Origin: an uncultured delta proteobacterium
GTDB lineage: Bacteria; Desulfobacterota; Desulfobacteria; Desulfobacterales; QNYZ01
Direction of reading: 5' to 3'
NCBI GenBank assembly: GCA_963845145.1
Contig: CAWJQU010000008.1
Location: forward strand, 160,001-224,000
Length of the DNA stretch: 64,000 nucleotides
Positions 58,319-64,000 of the stretch are shown here, piece after piece. A program made the position numbers and the translations under genes. The notes under the pieces were generated by a model that saw only the letters and a list, made by a program, of their open reading frames with translations, had not been told where the DNA came from and ran no database searches. Positions within the stretch are counted from its first letter, which is position 1. Each line of letters opens with the position of its first letter.

Positions 58319-59421
58319 TAAAAATCCGGCTCCAGCACAATCCGCTGATCCGGTGACTTGGCGTGGGCTTCTTCAAACACTTCCGCTATGGTACTCATGG
58401 GTCGGGTTTGCACAAAAGGCGACAAAGCGATTTTTCCGGAAAGCACCATCGATAGCACATGGGAATAGTATTCCGGCAGACACCCCCAAGTTCCAATAAT
58501 CTCTGCATCAAAAGCCATCAGTCGGCTAATGGAGTATTCGACTTTTTGCATACCAAAGCCGATGATCACCAGTTTACCGGTAAAGCTCAACAGCGATAGC
58601 GCCAATTCCTGACCGGGCTTGGAGCCCGTAGCCTCGAAAATTTTCCATCCGAAACCAGGCAGGCCTTTTTCTTTGCGGAGCGCTTTCAATTCGCCGGAAA
58701 CATCACGGCTCGATTTGTCGGTCACATTAATGGCGACATCGGCGCCGTACTTTTGTATTTGGGTCAATCTTTCGGCATCGATATCGATGGCAACGACTGT
58801 GGCCGCCCCCAGGGCTTTAGCCACCTGAACCATGTACTGCCCTACGCCTCCGATACCGATAATGATGACATTATCGCCAATCTGTAAATCGGCCCGGCGG
58901 GCGGCCTGGTAAGGCGTGGTTGCCGCATCGGCGACAACAGCGAGATGCGACAGCGGAAAATCTCCCCGATTCTTTATTTCACACAAATCGATCGCAGGCA
59001 CGGGAATATGGCTCGAAAACCCCCCGTAAATACCGATACTATTTCCCGGCATTTTCTGGGCCAGGCACCGGTTTCCCCGTCCGGTCTTACACAATTCACA
59101 TTTTCGACAGGGCATCACGGCGGGAATCAAAACCTCTTTGCCGATCCATCCCTCGCTGCCGGCAACCACGGTTCCGGAAATTTCATGTCCCAAAGTCAGC
59201 GGCGGTTTGGATACGGTGGGCACGCCATCATAAAAATACCCGAGATCGGTGTGACACACGCCACAGCCGGCGACTTCCACCAGCACCTCGTCGGATTTGA
59301 GTTCCGGCACCGGCAATTCCTTTTTCTCAAGCTTGCCGGGTATAACCTCCCCGGTCTCTTTATTTCTCGTGGTCGGCTGCACCATCTGCCAGGTCATGAT
59401 TTTTTCAGGTACGTCTGCCAT
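58318..59421 (-). CDS. bamQ: 6-hydroxycyclohex-1-ene-1-carbonyl-CoA dehydrogenase (Zn-ADH)
   Basis: GCGVCHTDLGYFYDGVPT, GHEISG, CRKCELC..C, QKMPGN and SRLMAFDA..GTWGC; adjacent to bamA. Confidence 0.9.
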   Translation of the reverse strand: MADVPEKIMTWQMVQPTTRNKETGEVIPGKLEKKELPVPELKSDEVLVEVAGCGVCHTDLGYFYDGVPTVSKPPLTLGHEISGTVVAGSEGWIGKEVLIPAVMPCRKCELCKTGRGNRCLAQKMPGNSIGIYGGFSSHIPVPAIDLCEIKNRGDFPLSHLAVVADAATTPYQAARRADLQIGDNVIIIGIGGVGQYMVQVAKALGAATVVAIDIDAERLTQIQKYGADVAINVTDKSSRDVSGELKALRKEKGLPGFGWKIFEATGSKPGQELALSLLSFTGKLVIIGFGMQKVEYSISRLMAFDAEIIGTWGCLPEYYSHVLSMVLSGKIALSPFVQTRPMSTIAEVFEEAHAKSPDQRIVLEPDF

Positions 59422-59546
59422 AGGATCCCTCCTTACTTTAATGGTAATTAAATAATATCAACCTTATGAAATATCATTCGGAAATATCGGCTCTGAAATT
59501 GCCTGTTTTTTCCAATTTATTAAGAAAGCGATAAACGGTCGCAATG

Positions 59547-59592
59547 ATTATAATATAGCTATAATGTAATTAAAATCCGCCTCTATTGTCAA
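59547..59592 (-). promoter_or_regulatory. bamQ promoter with imperfect palindrome over the -10 region
   Basis: Minus-strand TTGACA (59592-59587), 17 nt, TTACAT; ATTATAATATAG|CTATAATGTAAT at 59547-59570. Confidence 0.5.
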
Positions 59593-59792
59593 CTCTTTTT
59601 TACGGCGTCGCCCCGTTTCAAATCTGCCGCAGGCGGGGTTCAATATTGACGCAACCATACCAGCATACTAACTAGGCGGGGCCGGCAGGGAGAAATGTAT
59701 CGTATCGCGAAAAAAACCGATCAGCGGATAATGGCCTGATCCGGACTTGATTGATAACATTTTAGCGTTTAAATGGAACTGCCTCGAGATCA

Positions 59793-61049
59793 ATGAAAAA
59801 ACTCACCATAACGCAAAACAAAACCGGCGCCCGGCGATTTACCAAGGTCAGCTATCCCATCCGCTACGGCCGTTACGGAGAAATCAGGACCCCCGATTGG
59901 ATCTACCAATTCAACCTAAGCCATGAAATCAAATTTATTCAAGGCCACGGCAACGGCTGGCCGCCCTCGGAATGGCTCAAGCGAACGGTTGGTAATGATT
60001 GGGTCTATTACTTGGCCGGGGATTACAGCGGTGTTCGTGACGCGTTTGGGGAGTATTATTTACCCTGCCCGGACTATTCTACCAATTCTTTTATTACCCG
60101 GAATCCGTTTAACGACAAGGCCGTCATTTCTGCTCTGTCGAATTGGCAGGCGTGGACTGAAAAATTTTCCACCTTGGCGCGACGTCAAACGCCAGTGGAT
60201 CATCAGCGCTTTGTGAGAAAAATCGGTGAAAACAATCCGACCGAACTGGACCTAAAAGCCGGGCGGTTCCATGAGATCATCGGCGGGCGTGTCAGCGTTC
60301 TTCCGCCGGATACACGGCATGTTGACTATGAAGTAATACCGGTGGTTATTGCCGACGGATGCCTATACAATTGCGGATTCTGCCGGGTTAAATCAAACCG
60401 GCGCTTTACCCCCCGCACGCCAAAAAACATTATCGATCAGATCAAGGCGCTCAAGGCCTTTTATGGGGCGGACCTCTCTAATTATAATGCCATTTTTTTA
60501 GGCCAGCACGACGCCCTGGCCGCCGACCCGAAGTTAATCCTGTTTGCTGCGAAGAAGGCCTATGAACTTCTTGAACTGAAAAAAGCCTATATGGACGACA
60601 GCCTTCTTTTTCTTTTCGGCAGCGTTGATGCCCTCATGGATGCAAACCCGGCCTTTTTCGATGCCTTGCAAGCCCTGCCCTTTTACACGTATATCAATAT
60701 CGGATTTGAATCCGCCGATTCGGGAACCCTGAAATATTTAAAAAAACCGATTACCGCACCGTTGATCGAGCAGGCATTTAAAAAAATGTTGGCGATTAAC
60801 AAAAAATACAATCGGGTGGAAATAACAGCCAACTTTGTCTATGGTGATCACCTGCCCGCCGGACACCTTCCAGCCTTCTTCGAATTGATTGAAAAGGAAA
60901 TGACCCATTCCATCCCTAAAGGGACAATCTATTTTTCCCCGCTTTTTAACAATGGTGCCGGGTTCCATGAAAATATCGTTCGAAATTTTTACCGAATCAA
61001 AACCAGAACACCGTTGCCGTGTTATCTTTACCTTATTCAGCGCTTATAA
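59793..61049 (+). CDS. Radical SAM protein of unknown function
   Basis: GCLYNCGFC motif in mid-protein, FLGQHDAL and NIGFES; unusual N-terminal domain. Confidence 0.8.
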   Translation: MKKLTITQNKTGARRFTKVSYPIRYGRYGEIRTPDWIYQFNLSHEIKFIQGHGNGWPPSEWLKRTVGNDWVYYLAGDYSGVRDAFGEYYLPCPDYSTNSFITRNPFNDKAVISALSNWQAWTEKFSTLARRQTPVDHQRFVRKIGENNPTELDLKAGRFHEIIGGRVSVLPPDTRHVDYEVIPVVIADGCLYNCGFCRVKSNRRFTPRTPKNIIDQIKALKAFYGADLSNYNAIFLGQHDALAADPKLILFAAKKAYELLELKKAYMDDSLLFLFGSVDALMDANPAFFDALQALPFYTYINIGFESADSGTLKYLKKPITAPLIEQAFKKMLAINKKYNRVEITANFVYGDHLPAGHLPAFFELIEKEMTHSIPKGTIYFSPLFNNGAGFHENIVRNFYRIKTRTPLPCYLYLIQRL

Positions 61050-61085
61050 ACACCGACTTTCAAAGATACCTTTATATCTGCCGGG

Positions 61086-61447
61086 TTGAACGGCTTAACC
61101 GATGCAGATCACATGATCAAAGGCCCGATGGCGGGCGCCCAGTTTGAAAATTTCTGTATTCAGGAAACACTGAAGGTTTATTTCAACCAAGGCCGCAACC
61201 CAAAATATTCTACCTACGCACAAACAATAATCTCGAAGTCGATCTTATCATTGAAGAATCGTTTCAAACAATCATCCCGATTGAGATCAAGTTAAATAAA
61301 ACACCTAATTTGAGAATGGCTGCCACTCTGGAACGATTCCGAAAGACTTTTTCCGGGCTTAACATATTGCCCGGCTGGTTGATCTCCCTTTCCGAACAGA
61401 CTTTTCCGCTCAATGGACAGGTGACCGCAATAAACTTTTTCGAATAG
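61086..61447 (+). pseudogene. C-terminal remnant of a DUF4143-type AAA+ ATPase, frameshifted
   Basis: GAQFENFC, then a shift near 61200, then FYLRTNNNLEVDLII..PIEIK to TAG 61445-61447; no N-terminal ATPase domain. Confidence 0.7.
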
Positions 61448-61456
61448 GCCTTATAT

Positions 61457-61858
61457 TCAGACCCAATTGATTAAACGCAAACCATCAACACATTCAAATT
61501 CTCGAATATTATTAGAAACCAGCGTTAATCCTTCGCTGCGGGCGTGGCCGGCAATATGCAGATCATTAACGCCAATAATGTTTCCTTTTCTCTCCAAATC
61601 CGCCCTAATGTCTCCGTAATGGGCGGCGGCCTTGGTCCCATATTTCAAGACCTCCAACCGTGAACTAAAATCCCCAACTTTTCGTAGATTTTTTTCAGGT
61701 ACGGCACTTTTTTCGACACCATGCTGCAATTCTGCGAAGGTTATCGTGCTAATACACATTTGCCCGGCATAGCGATTAAAAACCGCCAGGAGTTCAACAG
61801 GACGGCGTTTAATCACATAAATAGCAATGTTGGTGTCCAGCATGTATTTCAACATCAC
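61457..61858 (-). CDS. vapC: VapC PIN-domain toxin
   Basis: YMLDTNIAIY, ITFAEL, IGVNDLHIAGHA and VSNNIREF. Confidence 0.93.
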   Translation of the reverse strand: MMLKYMLDTNIAIYVIKRRPVELLAVFNRYAGQMCISTITFAELQHGVEKSAVPEKNLRKVGDFSSRLEVLKYGTKAAAHYGDIRADLERKGNIIGVNDLHIAGHARSEGLTLVSNNIREFECVDGLRLINWV

Positions 61859-62088
61859 AAAGATTCCCGTTCCGCTTGATCCTGGGAAGCGCGTTCTTCC
61901 ATAAAATCATCACTGACACCCTCTTCTGACAGAAAAAAACTATCCCAAGTATTGGATGCCGGAGAAAGTACACGGTCCTGACCAACAACCCGTACAACAA
62001 CCTTTTTAACACCTTCGGGAAAACGGGTTCCAACAGGGAGTCTTACCGCCTGAGTGCGATTGTTTTCAAATACTGATCCTATAGCCAT
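61855..62088 (-). CDS. vapB: VapB antitoxin (AbrB/VagC type)
   Basis: SVFENNRTQAVRLP..RFP, WDSFF and SDDFMEER; 4-nt overlap with vapC. Confidence 0.93.
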   Translation of the reverse strand: MAIGSVFENNRTQAVRLPVGTRFPEGVKKVVVRVVGQDRVLSPASNTWDSFFLSEEGVSDDFMEERASQDQAERESL

Positions 62089-62289
62089 AACCCACCTCCT
62101 TTACTATATACAAACAATATACAGCAAAAAAAGTATACTGCAAGGGTATATAGCAAAAAGTTTGCATTTTTTTAATCGCTTCAAAAAAAGGGCCTGCTCA
62201 TTATAGATATTGGGCTTTAAAAAGGGTCACCAAAAAGATGATTGAGGCTTTTAAAGTGTTCCCTTATGATATCTTGCGCTTCGCCCGCC

Positions 62290-62635
62290 ATTGGGATCGA
62301 ATTGCCCGCCGGTATATAGGTAAGCATTAGCAGCCGCACCACTCTGGGATATCAAAGAACCAAACGCATCATAGCTATATTCATCGGTAACCGTTTCGGC
62401 ATTATCCTTCAGCTGGCGGGTGGAGAGCTGTTGATATAGGTGGTGACCGTTCCGTTGGGCAGGGTGACGCTGGCGCGATTGCCCACCGCATCATAACCTT
62501 AGGTGATCACTCTGCTGTCGGCATCCGTGACCGTGGCCAACCGGTTTAAAGCATCAAAGGTATAGCGGGTAGTGCCTGAAGGAATGGTCACCGAAGTGCG
62601 GTTGCCTCCGGCATCGTAGGTGTAGGCCAGTTTGT
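62290..62635 (-). pseudogene. Rhs/YD-repeat remnant
   Basis: YTYDAGGNRTSVT..YTFDALNRLATVTD..IT*GYDAVGNRASVTLPNG, then in another frame TDEYSYDAFG..YLYTG; internal stop and deletion. Confidence 0.8.
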
Positions 62636-62665
62636 ATCTTTTGCTATAGAGTGTCCCTTAAACTT

Positions 62666-64000
62666 TTATGCCACAGTTACCGCAGTGAAGTTATTACTCA
62701 ATTCAAGGTGTGACCCCATTTTCTTCAATAGCCATGGTCCCACGAAAAAAATAAGTCCAGCAAGGCGGCAGAATAGCCAACCGCCCGGGGGATTAGTTTG
62801 TCTGCATAATCTTTCCAACAGGTTTGCATCTAGATACAACCAATCGGGTTCCCCTAATCGATCTAACTCTGTGGTAAAATATCGGATTGCCAAAAGGTGC
62901 TCGATATCGGTCCCGACACCTTCTTTATATTTAATGTAAATGCGGTTGTCGGGTTTACCATCTTCGGCATCTACCCTTTCTGCATCTCTAAACCAGTCAA
63001 TATCGGCATAGGTCGTGTTTTCCTTTGCTGGATGAGCGTATTTTCGCCAAATGGTGTCCTGAGTTAAAAAGTAGGCGTTGGAATACTCGGCCAGTCCTAT
63101 AGTAGGATCGTCGACAATTGGTAGTGACCCAGTGTACATATTTCGGTCAAAAAGGCCACTATCTGGAGTGATATTTCCAAAGGTTGAGTCCGGGTTCGGA
63201 CTGCTGAGAAGCTCAGCTGGTGGCAGGTCACCAGGCATATCCGGATTGAAATCTAAAATATTTAGATTTTTGATAGTGAAGGTCTCATAGGTCCACCGAC
63301 CAATCGGAACAGGCAAATCTTTATCCTTGAAGGGAATCTTTGTTATTGGAAAAACATGCAGATCATTTCGGGTATGCAACGGCACAGAAGTATCTTCCAA
63401 CAGGTGCATGATCTGGCCTACCGCCTGAAAACAGTTAGCAAACGCGGCTTCTCTTTGTTCTTGTGTCAAGGTTACGGCATTACCATTAGCGTCTTTGCCT
63501 TCCCCAGTTAAATACATGTAATAATACTCTCTGGCTTTGCCCCAAGACCAATCTCCGGTTGTATCTGTAACTTGTGGAAAATCTTGGTAACCCGACGTGA
63601 AGCCCCAAAGGATTTCGGCGAAAACGGATCCTCTGCCGTAATATTCACGGTAAATAATATTCGTAAGATTATCAAAGCCGGCTTCAGACCACGGCCTAAG
63701 AGGATCATGGAAGTGGTTATAAGCACGGGTTCTGAGATGATCTTTCTCTCCGTCCATACCAAAATCCTCGGCTTTTCCGCCGAAGGCGATCCATTCATAG
63801 ATTCTTTTTTTATTCTTGTTTTGGGTCAAATGTGAATCAATTCCAATTGCCATTCCGAATTCCGTTTTTAGAATTGAATCCAGTTTTGAATTATTCAACG
63901 AAGCTTCCTCATTAAGCTTTGAATGCACTTTCCCGCCATATGCCAATAGATATTCATTCGGAACTAGAAAAATTATTAATAAATATAAAATAATCCTATT
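62666..64000 (-). CDS. Secreted Zn-dependent phospholipase C/P1 nuclease-like protein (5' end outside the window; 3' part probably frameshifted)
   Basis: Frame is open to 64000 with signal-like NRIILYLLIIFLVPNEYLLA, then YGGKVH, NHFHDP and GQIMHLLEDTSVPLH Zn-ligand pattern. Confidence 0.55.
   Translation of the reverse strand, partial: NRIILYLLIIFLVPNEYLLAYGGKVHSKLNEEASLNNSKLDSILKTEFGMAIGIDSHLTQNKNKKRIYEWIAFGGKAEDFGMDGEKDHLRTRAYNHFHDPLRPWSEAGFDNLTNIIYREYYGRGSVFAEILWGFTSGYQDFPQVTDTTGDWSWGKAREYYYMYLTGEGKDANGNAVTLTQEQREAAFANCFQAVGQIMHLLEDTSVPLHTRNDLHVFPITKIPFKDKDLPVPIGRWTYETFTIKNLNILDFNPDMPGDLPPAELLSSPNPDSTFGNITPDSGLFDRNMYTGSLPIVDDPTIGLAEYSNAYFLTQDTIWRKYAHPAKENTTYADIDWFRDAERVDAEDGKPDNRIYIKYKEGVGTDIEHLLAIRYFTTELDRLGEPDWLYLDANLLERLCRQTNPPGGWLFCRLAGLIFFVGPWLLKKMGSHLELSNNFTAVTVA

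Overview
This window is from an anaerobic bacterium; the gene content points to a Desulfobacterales-like deltaproteobacterium (inference). It has four blocks. (1) 1-13 kb: hbd-crt-gcdA (glutaconyl/crotonyl-CoA metabolism), a HypD-type glycyl radical enzyme with its activase, DUF2080/GNAT genes, an OYE + ORF6N islet, a group II intron 3' remnant and a DUF748 protein. (2) 13.4-31.8 kb: a complete pyrrolysine system (pylT, pylSc, pylSn, pylB, pylC, pylD) interleaved with a methyl-THF methyltransferase, a TrmB regulator and a polar amino-acid ABC transporter. It also holds one operon with a non-Pyl MttB, saccharopine dehydrogenase, lysine-ketoglutarate reductase, Pyl-MttB and Pyl-MtbB (both with in-frame TAG), a corrinoid protein and a MetH-type reactivation domain. 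Three promoters in this block share a 20-bp operator. The gene logic suggests an undescribed, inducible N-epsilon-methyl-lysine demethylation/catabolism pathway (hypothesis). (3) 39-61 kb: class II benzoyl-CoA reductase (bamBCDEFGHI, with Sec TGA codons plus SECIS-like hairpins in bamE and bamF), bamA, bamQ, ETF/EMO and GNATs. (4) 61-64 kb: decayed accessory DNA (DUF4143 and Rhs remnants, vapBC, a secreted Zn-PLC-like gene). The window therefore carries evidence for both the 21st and 22nd amino acids. All family calls come from motif recognition, not database searches.
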